A DNA stretch of 64,000 bases from Phoronis australis (taxonomy: Eukaryota; Animalia; Phoronida): positions 62,001-126,000 of the forward strand of contig NMRA01000436.1 in assembly GCA_002633005.1 (NCBI GenBank), written 5' to 3'. The translations under genes were made by a program, and so were the position numbers. Below, piece by piece: positions 25,801 through 40,427 of the stretch (the stretch's first letter is position 1; every line of letters starts with the position of its first letter). Under the pieces are notes generated by a model. That model saw only the letters and a program-made list of their open reading frames with translations. It had not been told where the DNA came from and did not search any database.

Positions 25801-28212
25801 TTGAATGTTGATATACCAGGCACCTATTCAAAGAAGCGGAGGTGATAGGGCCTTGAGCGTTTTTTCTTATTAAATTATCAAAGATGCCCTTTTCTGAGTT
25901 GCCTGCATTGAAAAAACAAGCCTGTGGCTATGAGCACCTGCAGTCTCATGACGCTACTTTCCCCTGAGGCTTGAGCAAGATTGGCGGACACGAAGTAGTG
26001 TTAAACGAACAAGATGAAATGAAACTCAACGAGGCACTGGGATCCAAAAATAACGAAACAATGAAATGAAATATAATCCAATGACACATATTCTATGCAT
26101 TGACGTAAGTCATGGTGAAATGCAACATTACAGGATTTTAGATTATTTTACGTTCACTATTACTCATTTGTTGAACTAAAAGTGCTCGATAAAAGGTGTG
26201 TTTGGATTTCACGTTACCAATACTTTTACTTGTACCTCAAACGCCACCTTGACAGTTGATATGCTTCAAAATGAGTGCTATAACGGTACAGTAGGTGAAT
26301 ATCTTTATCCAACACTAAACAATAGTACATAGTATTCTCGCCAGAAATATAAATATGTATGGCCCTGGATTGCTGGATCAGAGCTGAATGCCCCTCCACA
26401 CGCATGTTCCGTGCAGTCATGACAGAGCCAGACCTACGGGCGTGACAAGTCAGCAACTGGAGCGAAGGTCGATTCTTGACCGAGTGTCGGAAACATGCGA
26501 GCTTAGGGTTGAATAAATGCATAAACAATTGTCAAAAGTCGAATCTCTAACTAATTACAGATGTCATTTTATTTAAAGAAATATCGATTGCCAAGGTGCT
26601 TATAAGACAAAACGTCACTTAACAAACCATACCATCTGATACGCTCAACTTACTGTACAGTGTGAAAAAAAAGCTCACCGGACGTTGCAAGTAAAAGTAT
26701 ACTCAAAGGGTTTTCATTCAATATATAGACCTCTAGTTGTACGGTTACGTTTAACATTTCAATGCTAGGATTAATTTATCTTAAGGAGTACTTGTACGAT
26801 GTCAAAATACTCCAACGTGGGCACCGAATCGTAGCACCTATCTACTATGAGCTAATACATCGATACCGAATTAATAACTCACACGTGTATGAAACCATTT
26901 ATCAGTTTTTGGCAATGTTTCAGTTGAACTCGCGACGGACCCGTTTCGCCACCGATACTGTTTACCTTGTTCCGCAATCGTTAGCAGCAGTTGACTTTGG
27001 AAGCTAAAACACGTAAGAAACTACAAATAAACAAACTGATTGTTTAAGGTAAAAAGTTTGCACTGTCGAATTGGCAACATGGGCTGCATTGTGCAATGAC
27101 CGGGTCGACGCTGTTGAGTGTCTGACATGCCAAACACCACCGCTTGATTGCCATTTGTCTTTAGCGCAATACATGCAAAACATATATCAATAAATAAAAA
27201 TTAGCACAAACGTTTTATGGCGTAATTCTTGTAAAAACAAATCAGTAAAGACAACATATCATGCCGGGGATCCCATTTCCATTTGAAATGAGCGTCAACA
27301 TGAATCGTGATCTGACGAACGGAACGCTTGCATAAAATTGTAGATTATAAGCATCGTAGATTAGCATTATATGTGTTTTGCAATAACGCAAAGTCAATAT
27401 TGATAAAGTCGATCTTTGAGCTCAGGATGTCCTAAGTTGCGTATCGACATACCATGAAAAACTAAGGATGCGTTCCGTAGACGGAAAAACTCACGAAAAG
27501 AACGATCACGCTCCATCGCGCAAAATAACGCGAGTGTTGAGCGAATATGCTCGGAACCTTGCTACAGTTTGCAAAATAAATGCCACTGGAATGTTGAACA
27601 ATGAGACAGAATGCACGGCTTCGCAGGCGACTTTCCGCAGCAAATGCTTCGGCTCTAATACTTTTCTGCGCGTTCAAATGTAGTTACTCAACGCGCACAA
27701 TTGCTTAACCATCGGGTATAATTAATTAATAAACGCACAGAAATGGCATGTAAACGATTACATCCGTGCGCTTATTCAACGCGCAAAATGGGTTATTCAA
27801 TACTCACAACTGCTTATTCAACGCGTATTTTTAATTAGTTCGCGATCGGCCATGTTTCATGTGTGCTACGTACTAACTGTATACTTGTCATTGATTGGAT
27901 CATAGAAATGTACGAATGGAACTCCTCCATTCCAGTGCTAGAGTTTGCGAGACCCATATTTCACAGGACTGGCCGCGAGAGTTTGCACTGTGGATTTCTG
28001 CTCGACTGAGCCTTGATCGAGTGCTGTAGTCATCAAATCAAGCCCGAATTCATAGCTTCATTTTCATTGTGTCATTTTTGTTCATAATGGAATCATAAAG
28101 CGAAACTCTTAAGGTATGGTTCCCGATAACCCAGCGATTTCTGGGCAAAACAAATTCGTCAGTTGCACTGGGCAACGCACCGAACCATGGTGTATATGGT
28201 AGCAATGAGAGG

Positions 28213-28792
28213 CTCGCTGGTTCCTTGTGTGCCGCTAGGTGGTATAGCCAGCACGCAGGTATCACTTAATTTTCATCGGGAATGTTTTTTACGTCGGCGT
28301 TTCTGAATGGCTAGTCGAATTCTCAACAGGCAGCGCTTTACACAAACAAACTGGCATGACTGATGGACTGAAGTGCAAAAGTGGTCTGTTGGGCAGACAA
28401 ATCAGTGCTTAAAATTTATGTTCAGGAAATTTGAATCCTAGAAAATGTGGTTGCGCCTTTTCAGAGTTCATCTTTCTACTGTCGACGACTTTTACTTACG
28501 ATACTGTCCTGTATTCATACAGTATGAATAACACGCCGTTAAATCGGTCAGATATGTGTTTATTGTGCATGTATGTCCTTCAAGCACGAGGGTATTTAAC
28601 ATCAATGCAGAAACGAAATAGTTGCTGCGACGCCGTGACTTGCATAAGAAGGCTAAAATCGTTGACAGTCTGCCATTTTTTCACGGTGTTGTAAAGCTAA
28701 CCAATGACTGCTGAGGTTACATCAACCAATGCGAAAGTACGTGCCACTGCGTGATACCTGCTTGCTGACTAGGCACGCAGGGAACCAGCGAG
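28213..28792. mobile_element. 580-bp MITE of the CTCGCTGGTTCC family
   Basis: Same TIRs as 964-1028. Degenerate 10-bp flanks CAATGAGAGG / CAGTGACTGG. Confidence 0.75.
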
Positions 28793-30682
28793 CAGTGACT
28801 GGATGCCTGTCAGCTGGCTTCTATATCTTTTTGACTAAAGTCTCAGAGATTGTTAGGTCTGTTTGAGCAAAATTGACATTTGTTGTATATAAGTTTGTTA
28901 CGCCATTATAAATGGTAAATTTAATACCAGATGTCTATACGTAATGTACGAAAGACTACTAGAGTATGTGTTTTCGCCGCTAAGGGTGTGGGCATATATG
29001 TAAGTATATAGCGGCACTATTTGCGTCGCTAAGGGAGTGTGCATATATGTATTTATACATATTAGACCTGCTTTTTATTATTTCACGGGTTTTTGTAGCA
29101 TCCATACTTTCCTGTTAGATTAAGTGCTGTCGGCTCGTATTTGTATATGCACATATGGTTGAACCATGCTGCGCGCTATCTCAATAGAAACATTGGTGCG
29201 TTTGAGCTCCAGCTGCTTTGATGTCTTGTCCCTCCTCTCACAATTAATTTTGACGTGTAGTACACTCTGTTCTTTACAATTGTGTTGCCTGTTTAACTAT
29301 GTCAACTGTTTCCTTGAGAATGGTTTAAGTAATAAACCGAAACGTTGGGTAAATATGTCGTTATTTACTTACGCGCTAATTTTAGAGTTTATTTCTATCT
29401 TCCTATGTTAAATCCTACACTGCAGCCAATTTAATGACTACATGTATATTTCAAAGTTACACATCAGGTACTTGCGCTTTTTTTATCTATCAGTAAACTC
29501 CCATCTGCAAATTTCGCGAAAGTAGTTGGAGTACTTAATGTATCACATTTTTATCCTGAATTGTCACTGAAGAATATAGTCACAAGGCGGTACCAGCACG
29601 TGCATGACCCTTTGTCTCAAAAATCATAAGAGATTTAACAGCTTTTAGTATACCTGTTGCTAAGAAACAAGCCAAAAATTTTAAAAAGAATTCTGTTATC
29701 GTGGTTGTACGTAATGGGTGGAAGACCGTCTCCGCCGTTGTTTTTACAAGTGCGATACTGAGCTGTTAGGAAAATCCGCGTTTGTGGAGGCTGTAGTAAC
29801 AGCAACTTTACTGAGAACATATTTGTGTTCCTAAATGCGTGGAAGATGCATAGAAATGGCACCGGTTTGTGGGCCGTACGAGAGTGTGGAATGTCAGAGT
29901 GGAACATGCGATTCGGCACATTTCAAGGAATCATGTTTCGGCGACCAAACGCAAAAGCGGCGTTACAATGAAGGACTCGCCACCGTGTAAATGAATTAGC
30001 AAATTTGATATATAAACAACAAATTGCTTCCATTTTGGGGCGAGTGATGCTTGGCCTTCATCCCTGGCCCAGATTGAATGCTACGACACACAGGCTTATG
30101 TATTGTGTTTAGACTGTGCTCCTTCCATCGTGGCAATAGTGAATACCAGTGACAAAGGTTTACTGTGGTCTTTGTCAGTGGCTATTAACTGTCTATTTTG
30201 TATAATAGTTTCCAGTTCTCGCTAAAAATCGTCCTCGTCTTCTGATCTGCTGTGTTCCGCCATTGCAATTGATTGTCAATTGACCGAACGTCTTCCACCC
30301 ATTACACCATTTGGCGGGAAACTTGGAAATAACTAAATTTTCTTCACAATTAAAAAAATCGCGAATACTTGGCATAAAAAAGATAGATTTTATGGCGTTC
30401 ATTTCATATTAGCTAAGTGAAACATCAAAAACAAAGAAAATGCAGAGTGGGAACTCTTTACATAATGTAGCTGTAAGGCGTCTCCAACAGTCCAGTTAAT
30501 ACATACACATATATCAATACATAAAGATTTATCCTTTTTGAGAAGAATACCTATCTAAGTTCTTCACATCAACTTGAGGAATCCATATTTTGAAATCTTT
30601 TTTGTAGTAGTGTTTTGAATTTTAGAAACCACTTTCTTGTTAGTTTACTTACTCGTCAATGACTACCTGTCTGATTGTTTAC

Positions 30683-30887
30683 CTTTTTATATTACTAGTA
30701 CGACCTAAATTAACTTATTTTATATTAATAGTAGAACCTAAATTAACTTATTTTACATTACTAGTAGAGCCTAAATTAACTTATTTTACATTACTAGTAC
30801 AACCTAAATTTACTTATTTTATATTACTAGTAGAACCTAAATTAATTTATTTTATATTACTAGTAGAACCTAAATTAACTTATTTTC
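30683..30887. repeat. 33-bp AT-rich minisatellite, about 6 copies
   Basis: Unit TTATTTTATATTACTAGTAGAACCTAAATTAAC. Confidence 0.9.
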
Positions 30888-31220
30888 AATACAAGTTAAT
30901 GATCAGACCAATTAGTTAAGTAATCATCCAATAAGTACATGAATGATTTCATTATTACACTCTTTGTTATTTTGGTAGCACTCGTGGGTTTTAGAGTTTC
31001 AAAATACTTGTAACCTGCTAGAAATGCAAAATAACAGTTATTTATTATAATTTTCTACTGGTATAATAATACACCATGAAATGATCATGAAGGATTTTCT
31101 TGTGATATTACTATTACGCTATCCAGTTGAAAACGGCGAAGTTGCGAAAAATTTAGTGCCTGTAAATTGATCCTTCGTCAAAATGCATATAGATGTGATC
31201 TCTGGGCTTGGGAACTTACT

Positions 31221-32092
31221 CAAGATGTTCAATTGAAATAGGAATCCAGGTGTAAACCATATTTCCCGAAGTCGAAAACTAACTCACGCACCTTCAAAAT
31301 ACCTAACCAGTCCGAAAAACACAAACCCCGACCTTTAAAACAGGAACCACGGAATCGGACAGGAAACCCACGCACTGATGCCAGTAGCTTCAAACTTTGA
31401 CTTGGAAAATCCTCAAGTACTTTCCAGCTGTTTTCTTCATTTGTTTGTTAAAATTTGTCAATAATAAACCGTAACTTATATCATATTGACTTTGTTATTT
31501 GATTTTTGTCAGTAAAACTCGTGCAACTTGTCTGTGGGCAATTTTAACGTAGTCTATGCTCTCAACACGTTGCTATCTCGGTGAATATTTAGTTAATTTC
31601 AGATTATTCAATAGTTTCTCCAAAAATACTTTCAAAAATGAAAAAATATTACATTTCGACTGTCGAGTGCCATTGCTGGTTAATTCCTTTAAATATTTTT
31701 ACAATTGGCCGCATTTTATGGTTCGACGATATACTTGTCGAGAATATTATTTCCGGCAAAATCTCCGGATTTTGAAATGGACCTCTAGAATTATTCACTG
31801 AGAAGACCTGAACCGTCACCGATTTCATCGTTCTTGCCCTCAAAAAATGTACTTCAACACCACATCGGTCATTAAAACGGAATTTGGAATCGGTATTTCT
31901 GATCTCAACGCATTCAAACTTGATAAAACAATGTTTGACATGAAGTGTCCCGTCCGATCCCCGAGGTTCCAGCTTTGAAGGTAGAGTTCGTGTTTTTCAG
32001 GCTGGTCAGCTCTTTTGAAGGTGTGGGGGTCTTGTTTTCGACTCCGGGATATCTGTTTTACTCCGGGGTTCCAATTTCGATGGAACACCTTG
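31221..32092. mobile_element. Old MITE with ~150-200-bp diverged TIRs (Tc1/mariner-like termini)
   Basis: CAAGATGTTCAATTGAAATAGGAATCC... is inverse to ...GGTTCCAATTTCGATGGAACACCTTG|TA, and similarity continues inward (CACCTTCAAAA/TTTTGAAGGTG, GAAAAACAC/GTGTTTTTC). Confidence 0.65.
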
Positions 32093-32959
32093 TAACTATA
32101 GCTTTAAATCAGACTCAACGAGTTGATTTGTCACCGGTATGACATTTTATACACAGAGCATCGTCTTAGATTTAACTTCAATGGTTCCCAGAATGGGTTT
32201 TTTCGTTTGTTGACGTTTTAGATCGTATCTAGTAATTTCATAACATTAAATCTAATTAAATAATCACTTATTTTGGGAGATTATTGGAAAATTTTGAATT
32301 TTATTGAAAATAATATTTTTTGGTTTCCGCCACCTGATGTCATCAGTGGAAGACGTTGATCACTTTACAGCATTTATGCAGCGGCGAAAAGTTGCAATGT
32401 TGTAAGTTATAAAGACTTAGAGAACAAGTTTGACATTTTGTTTTCTAACCACTTTAGTCTCATGTAATATGCGTATGTCTCGAACATCAAATCCATGTCC
32501 GATTTTTCCCACCCTGTCAAAACCTACTTGCGAATACTATGAGCGGCCAAATAGATTTCACTTCTCCGAATGCCAAAAGCGTGCAGGAACTATCATGTCT
32601 ACTAATTGTGACGCTGACTGGATTTTGTTTCTGGTGAATGATGCTCGTTTCTGCCTTGTTCTTAAGTTATTGCGGTTTAGTGCTCCATTCCAGCTTCTGT
32701 GCAGGCTGCGGTCGTGACCTCAAACTCTTGGCCTGGGATCTACATTCCATTTTCTACTATGTTGGGCAGTGACGTATATGTGGATAGGTTGCATTCCCAC
32801 AAAATGTTGAGCACGAATAGACTGATGAGAACTTTCATACTGTCACATTCGTTATCTCAGTCACAATTTGATGCTAAGGCTTTTACTCGATGGGTGGGTG
32901 ACTAGTTCCCAGCAATGCTGCATAGCAATACACTATTTTTGTCCATCAAAAGCACTTAC

Positions 32960-33212
32960 ACTTTGGAGAAACTTTCATCAAATTTTCGTTTCTGTGACGG
33001 ATCGAAGCACGATTCTTCAAAATGTTATGAGCACGGTGTACATGTAGCTCCTGAACTGCGCGGCTTGCTCCACCGTGCACTGCCATACCCGTATCCGATG
33101 CACGAACTTGTGCCATTTCTAGGCGATCGTAGGGTGTAAGTTTTGGAAACGACATAACTGAAATGTCAGTCCGATTGCTATTACTGCATCCTCCGCACAC
33201 GCACCTTATCAT
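32960..33212 (-). pseudogene. THAP-domain remnant of a DNA transposon
   Basis: MIRCVCGGCSNS...SFP, then in shifted frames KWHKFV and CS*HFEESCF. Confidence 0.65.
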
Positions 33213-35039
33213 AGTGGTTGTCTGTGGAAGTTCTCAACTCTTAGACCACGCCCGCTCATGACTGGTGTAGCGCATTAGCAGGGGCTTTAGATATCTCTCT
33301 TGATGTTGTTTGGCCAACAGACCAGCGGGTTGCATGCGTATAATAATAATAATAGGCCTACCGTAATGTGCTTGACAAAGCTTCATGTATGATATACGCT
33401 AATACGGTAGAAAGGTTTAGGAATACGGTTAGGCATACGGTTAGGAATACGGGAATACGGTTAAACCTGAAGCAGTTTAAAAGATAATATAATATCTGAT
33501 ACAAACTGAAATTCCACATACATCATACTAAAATACAGAAAACTGCATGTCTGATAACATTATATTCAACTCACGATTAGATAAACACTACTTAGCAGAA
33601 ACTTGTTGCTAAGGAACAAGTGCTATGAATTAATCAAATAATCAAAGAACTGAGCAATAGTTGTTTCTAAAAACATTTAATAATCAAGACATAAAGAAAC
33701 AAAGTTGTCTATTACCAACGCTGGGTATCTGTGACATTTCCGAAACAAGCCAACAGCAGCATCTCTTCAAGCATTATGAATTCTATAGTAGCTAACATAT
33801 TTATAATGAACAAAATACAGGTGGACGAGATAGTTGAGAACAAAAACCTACAAACGTACTTAAAAGCTACTCCAGTTTACAGAGTAAAGTCGCTGGATTC
33901 CAGCAATGAAGCCAAGCCATCGCCAAATATGGTATTGGACAGTCAAAAGCTAAGTGACTTCAAATGAATAATAACAGATTATTGTTGTTTTCCGAAATGC
34001 CTCATCCCCAACTTGGCCAGTTTCCCAGAATTAAAGTGACATAATTGCTAGCAAAACAAAAGCACAGTGGCTATTATAAACATCTCACAAGTGGTCAAAG
34101 ACCTATGTGAATTATGTCCTAAGCACTATGGGAGGCTACACATTTTATTAAACATTTAATTAATTATACAACATTCACTAAAAATTACACAACAGTTGCT
34201 TCTAATTAGTTAAATTATCTACGCCATCAGCAATGTTACCAATATAGGGTGTAGAACAACACAATGGCGGAGACCGGACTTCCACTGATGACGTCACATA
34301 CGTTTCCAATTTCTGCTTGTATTTCTTGATTACAAGTACACTAACTGAACAAGAAATACTTAAAATATCATTCCAAAATAGTTGGTAACGGAAATCAAGC
34401 ATCTAAGACCATGGTGTGAAGGTTTGGAAGTACCAAAAATCACTTCTCACTCACCTGAGTAAGGGAAAACCTGAGAACAATTCTACATAAAACATAGTGA
34501 TCTAAAACCAAACGTGCGCTTCTTGGACCAAACATGGATTTGGCCAAGAAGCCACCCCAGTGACCAAGAAGTCCTCTCAGCGCCTAAGAACCTCAACAAA
34601 AGTTTAGGCTGATGAAAGCAACACCTAACCGGAAGATATTTCTGGAATAAATGGTAAATAAAGGTAGACTATTTCGCAGAAGCACTAGCCTATATAAATG
34701 GTTTCTTTTGAACCCACTTTCTTGTAAATCGGTGGGTATTTTATGTTCCATTGGCATTCCCCTCAAAAAATTGCCACACCAACTCAAATAACCAATGTTA
34801 ACTACTACCATTCCAAATCAGGGCCTTGTGCTATCAAGGACCGTGCGTCTTGTATTTGCTATGACGGTTTTTTCATGAATTTTCAGTTGCAAGTAGTTCG
34901 CCAATGTGATTTATGAAGATAGAAGTTCAGTTTAAATGTGAAGTGTAATCACGTTTACGTCGACATCACTCATTTCTCTCTTCCGTGTACAAAAATGCAC
35001 CGTCGCCTTCACAATTTCGCTCATTCGATACACACGCAA

Positions 35040-36435
35040 AATACCGAGAGTGGCGTGGATGAAGTAATATCGCACGAGACATCATTCCGCGTATCGACCG
35101 AGACCGAATGTCGAGGTCGATACGCGGAGTAATGTCGGGTGGGACATTACTTCATCTACCTCAATCGAGGTACGTTTTCTGCTTATCCCATACGCTACGA
35201 ATTCCTGTTTCTTTCATTTCCAGCATTGTTCACGTGGCGGATCACATCCCATATGTACCTGAGCGTTATGTTGCAAGTTTTCCCTAGTAAAAGAAACAAT
35301 TTTAAATGTAATTATTAATTGAAAAGAGATAACAATGAAAACAACTAACTGTGCATTGAACTTGTATTATTTCCTGAAAATAGTTAAATAACAACATTTG
35401 ATATTGCAGTTACCGAAGAATCGGCGCCTGAGTTTCAGACGATATAGTATTTAGCAGTTGAAAAATGAGGAAGAAGTGTAATATAATTAAGAGTTTTGTA
35501 CCAAACGTTATGTTTTGGACCTGATTGCATGTTGAGTGTTATTTATACTGCTAAAATTGTGTTACTTTAATCTATTTTGAGAGAGCTTTATGACCGAACC
35601 GTCTAACGACGTCGAGTCGACAGTACCTTTTGAATTTCCTATGCGAGAGGTCCGGGATTGCAATACGGATTATGATATCACATGGCCGTGTTGCACTCGG
35701 CTTATTCAACGCGTCAATTCTGTGCTGCGTTGTCATGTACATATACACAAAACGTATCGAGAGTGGCGTAGATGAAAAAATATCCCACGAGACATTATTC
35801 CGCCTATCGTGTACGCCAATCGAGCTACGTTTTGTATTTATCCCATGCGCTTCGAATTCCTTTCTTTCAGATCTTTTAAATACTTCACTCAGTCTGTTCA
35901 CCTGGCGGATCACATCCTATATGTACATGTATGTACTTGAGCGTTAGGTTGCACTATTTCTCTAGTAAAAGAAAAAGTTTTAAATGAAACAATTTATTAC
36001 TTGAAAAGAGATAACGAAGATGAACACACCGGTAACAGCATTGAACTTGTAATATCTCCAGAAACGAGTTAAATAACAACAATATTTGATATTGTAGTTA
36101 CTGAGGAATCCTCGCCTGAGTTGCAGACGATATAATATTTATCAATTAAAAACTGAGGCAGAACTGTCATATAAGTAACAGCCCTGTTCCAGATGTTACG
36201 ATTGGGACCTGATTGCATGTTGAGTGTCAGTTACACTGCTGCAACTGTGTTACTTTAAACTATTTTCGGAAAAGTTTGATGATCGAACCGGCTAACGACG
36301 TCGAGTCGACCTTGACCTACCTTTTGAACTTTCCATGTCAGGGGTCACTGATGACGTAGTGCTGGAGGTGAATACGGAAAACATTATTACATGGTCGTAT
36401 TGCACTAGACTGATTTAACGCATAAGGGATAAATA
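35040..36435. repeat. Two diverged tandem copies (~710-bp period) of a hairpin-bearing repeat
   Basis: GAGAGTGGCGT.GATGAA at 35046 and 35759; CTAACGACGTCGAGTCGAC at ~35603 and ~36292; GACCTGATTGCATGTTGAGTGT present twice. Confidence 0.75.
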
Positions 36436-37212
36436 ACATTAAGTTTGTGCAAATCTTATTTTGGAATCAGTTGAACTATTTAGAAGATCTTGTCAAACTT
36501 TGAGGTTCTGTGGATAGGCCAGTTGCTGATGTCTTGGCAATCGTTCCTGTGCATCTCTCTTATTTTAGTCAAAAAACGTCTTAAATTTGCCACGTGTGTA
36601 AACGTGAAAATCTATGAACGGCTGGTAAACTCTCTAATTGGCTAACATAATATATTTAAATGTAATAACTGACACATAGTGTAATGTTAATATATTATAT
36701 CGTGACCATAGATATAGGCCATATCTATGATGACGACTACTATTCTCAGTCCGAACCGATGATAAGTTTGTGCGTGCACATCACGTGTGCGTGTGTTACC
36801 GTGAACTTTGGACACACACCTTTACGACTGAACGTAACAGTATAAATGTAGTCTTAGAAACATCACTAAGGACTATAAAAACTGTTACAAAATATATACA
36901 CGTTCAATAATGGGCCGAAAATGTCCATACTGAAATGCTGAACTAGCCCCTGCCCGGGTTGAAAGAAATATCGAGAAGATATAAATAGAGCAATGAATAT
37001 TGTAACGTTTTGAAACACATTGCTCTATTCAAATGCACATGTAATATTTTTAGTGACATGAATGACTACTATGACTACTTGAGAGAAACAAAAACAAACA
37101 AGGAAGCAAAAAATGTGTTATCACATGACGAAATTGAACTTTTGCTTCCTAACCTCAAGTGCGCTATTTCGAGCTCACAGTAACCATAAACATTATGTGA
37201 TTTTTCAACAAG

Positions 37213-38134
37213 TGGCTGTCGCAAATAATAAAACAGCAAGAGCGTTGGGAAATGTTGAGTTTATTAATTAACCCCGGTAATTAAAATTATACGGCTGAAA
37301 CAAGATTTAAATGTGTGCAGTTTTAGTGTTGGGGGGAGGGGGGGGGGCTCAGATCCAATTTCAAGTGTCAAATAAGGTACACGGCGCAATCGTAACGAAA
37401 CTATGGATAAGTATAGGCTCTCCCGCGATATACCAGGCGACCGGCAGTGGCGCTGGACACTACGACTCCGTTTCCGTCGTCTGGGCCACTGAAAACAGGA
37501 GCTGATGTTAAGATGTCAATTTTAATGGAAGCCTTAGTGAATCACTCTGAAACTCGTAATTCTCTCTTTCTCAAACCTTAACTTAAGACGATTTTCAAAG
37601 CAATAGCGTCATTATTGCCAACACAAAAAACGGATTTGGTCTTTTGGGAAATTGAAGACTATTTTAAATGCAACAAATTTGTAACGAACTGATTGCACAA
37701 AATACAAAACATGTAATCAGCATTACAAAACAAGGAGGTTTCACGCGCAAATGCTGTGGACCATAAACAAGTAGGTCTGTTAATATCAAATTAGGAGTTA
37801 AATCGTGGTGGTGCAGTGGTAAAGCGCGCACTGTCTAGCCAACAGGTCGTGAGTTCGATGCTGTGGTATTTGCAGTTTTTCCTATGCTGTGGTATTTGCA
37901 GTTTTTCCTATGCTGTGGTATTTGCAGTTTTTCCTATTTGACACCTCCTTCGTGTTTTTTTTCTTGGATAATACTTCGGGAATCAAGAAAAATGCTTGAT
38001 TTTTAGAGGAAAAACAGAAAAATTTCCTGGGCGACCTCCCCCCATTCGGTGCTATGCGCATCTACAATCGTGCTTTGAGCAAATGTTTACAGACAAAATG
38101 TTGGCCCCCTTGTGATATCCTAGATCTGCCACCG
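37213..38134 (+). mobile_element. 5'-truncated second copy of the 9475-10464 MITE
   Basis: Colinear similarity over about 900 bp, for example GAGTTTATTAATTAACCCCGGTAATTAAAAT and CCCCCATTCGGTGCT. Ends CTAGATCTGCCACCG. Contains a 26-27-bp triplication at 37858-37936. Confidence 0.8.
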
Positions 38135-40033
38135 ACTGCCTGACGTCACAGTATTTGCCGATCGTCCTTGTGACAACTATAATAAAATGGACGGCAATAG
38201 TCTGTAATGTCGAGTTTTCTCGAATATTTATCGAACGAAAACAATGGATTGTAGGTTTCAGTAAAATTTATTAGTCAAACAAACCTCTTCTCGTACGTTT
38301 TCCATGACAGTGGCATGCAAAATTAAACATTTTTCAAAATTCATCGATTAGATTGCCAGCTGGTTACAATTATACCATTCCCAACTTAAACACACTTGTC
38401 ACAAACTCATTTTACTAATTGACAATCAAGTATGCTCACCCTTAGCGCATCGATTACAAAATGCCGATGTTATCGATAAAATCTGGTAATTTAGAAGGTG
38501 GAAACGTTTTCACGAAGTTCACCCCAGGCCCGGTCAGTATTGATGCTACTAGTTAGCCCAGGATACACAGTAAAAACATTTTTCAATCATTTTAACTGAA
38601 AGTTTAATAACACCAAATTCGCAAATTCTGACTACAACCGATCACCACGGCATCGATAGCTCAGCGAAGCCTAGATCAGAGAGATAAATGATTCATAGAT
38701 AATCTGAAAAAGTTTCTGAGTAACCCAGCAGCCTTTGCACTCCGATGGCATAATCAAGTGCTATTTTTGTCATTTACATGATATTTTAGGAGAAACTCCA
38801 TAGAGCGATATGTGAAATCGGCTTGGTTATTATATCTAGTTTTCTACCACGCCATTAAGCATGCGCAAGTCATGCTCAATACGAAACCGCGTGGACTTTG
38901 TGAAAACGTGGCCATAATCTCGCAAAATGCCGAATATTGACCGACATCATCGGCATTTTCAAATGCGCCCCAAACGAAATTTAGCATGATAGTACGTGTT
39001 CTTCAGGACGTAAAATGAGTTCGCGACAACCATGAATTTGTTGGAAATGACGTAATCACGAGCTCCTGACAACTCAAGTAAGTGGCTACCATTCGGAAAA
39101 TTTCTATTTCAGCATTCCTGTCTACATACATGGGAAACACACGTGGATTGGTTTGTTATTTATCAAATTGAATATTCACGTTGAAGGACGAAACCATGGA
39201 CTCGTGGGAGCAACCACAATTTTGGAAGGAAGATGACGTTACTCCCACAAAACAGCTTGGGGCAATTTTATAAAGTGGTGATTGTAACGATATCTTTGCG
39301 CATGCCATACGAATGCCCACTCAAAAACGCAGAGTCGTGTAAAGTTTGAGTCTTCTTTGGAGCCGGAAGCAGCAGTAGAATCTAGAGTCTACCGCCCGTA
39401 GAGAGTAGTGGGCAGTTAGTCGGTAAAGTACTAGTTCCACGTCATATAGCTTTTTCGCTACTGCTGTTTGGAAAGCGCAAACGAAGGGGCTTTTAAAACA
39501 ACTCCAAAGGTGTCGAATGTCACAGGTAGACCTGTTGAAAATTGCCGATGCAACTTTCAAACGTGGTAACGCAAGCATCATACATTGAACGTCGTTTAGA
39601 AGTTTGCAAACAACCACTCAGGACATTAAACATATCTGAAAAGATAGTAGACTTATATTGAAAAGGTCCCTATGTGTTTTCCACTTTTTGTTAATATGAC
39701 TAGTTTGTTAGTATTGTCAAAAATTTACCCCGCGCAGTTTCAGCTCCAGACGAAAGGAGTTTCTAGGATCAGGTAACAAGTTTGTTATTGTTAATGCGCT
39801 CTTGCACTCTTTTGTTGGTGCTCACAGCCAGGTCATAAACCAATCCGGCATTACAGTAAACACACTGCCTTTGTTAAGCACAGCACAAACAAGGACACCG
39901 TATTTTGGATAATATTTATCGTATTTCTTCCGGAAACGGCTACAAAATTGTTCACAAAGAATTCATTTTTGGAAGCCAATTTGATAGAAGAATCAACCGT
40001 TTTTATTCTTACTGGTTATATCACAAACATTAC

Positions 40034-40236
40034 TGTGCCGATGGTGCACAACTAAATTCTTATTTTAAAAAACGATTTACGATGAAACACGAGAACAAAA
40101 TAATAACAAATCCCTTCTTTTTCTTTAACGCTATCGCCATATTTCGACTAACTCTCACGTGACATATGAGCATGCGCAATAGTAAAACACTTATAAACAG
40201 TGGAACATCTGCAAAACGTTAAAACACTCGTGAACA
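40034..40236 (-). repeat. 3' LTR of the BEL/Pao element
   Basis: Direct repeat of 45739-45943. On the - strand it is immediately preceded by the polypurine tract GGAGGGGGAGA (40237-40247). Confidence 0.92.
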
Positions 40237-40427
40237 TCTCCCCCTCCTTGGTAAGTTGTGACTTATCAACCAACTGAAAAATCTATACTAAAGTTCGAAT
40301 ATAACTACACACAATAATCAATTAAGAGTTTATATTAAAGTTCGAATATAACTACACGCCATAACAGTTCTCCATAAATACCTTGTCCCATTATCCATAA
40401 ACATATGCCCAACATAATTCACATTGT

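Noticed and set aside
30659-30919. 86-aa hydrophobic repeat ORF
   Set aside because: Translation of the 33-bp AT-rich minisatellite.
37803-37875. Candidate tRNA gene
   Set aside because: A/B boxes are present but there is no convincing acceptor or anticodon stem, and it lies inside a MITE. Reported only as a tRNA-like cassette.
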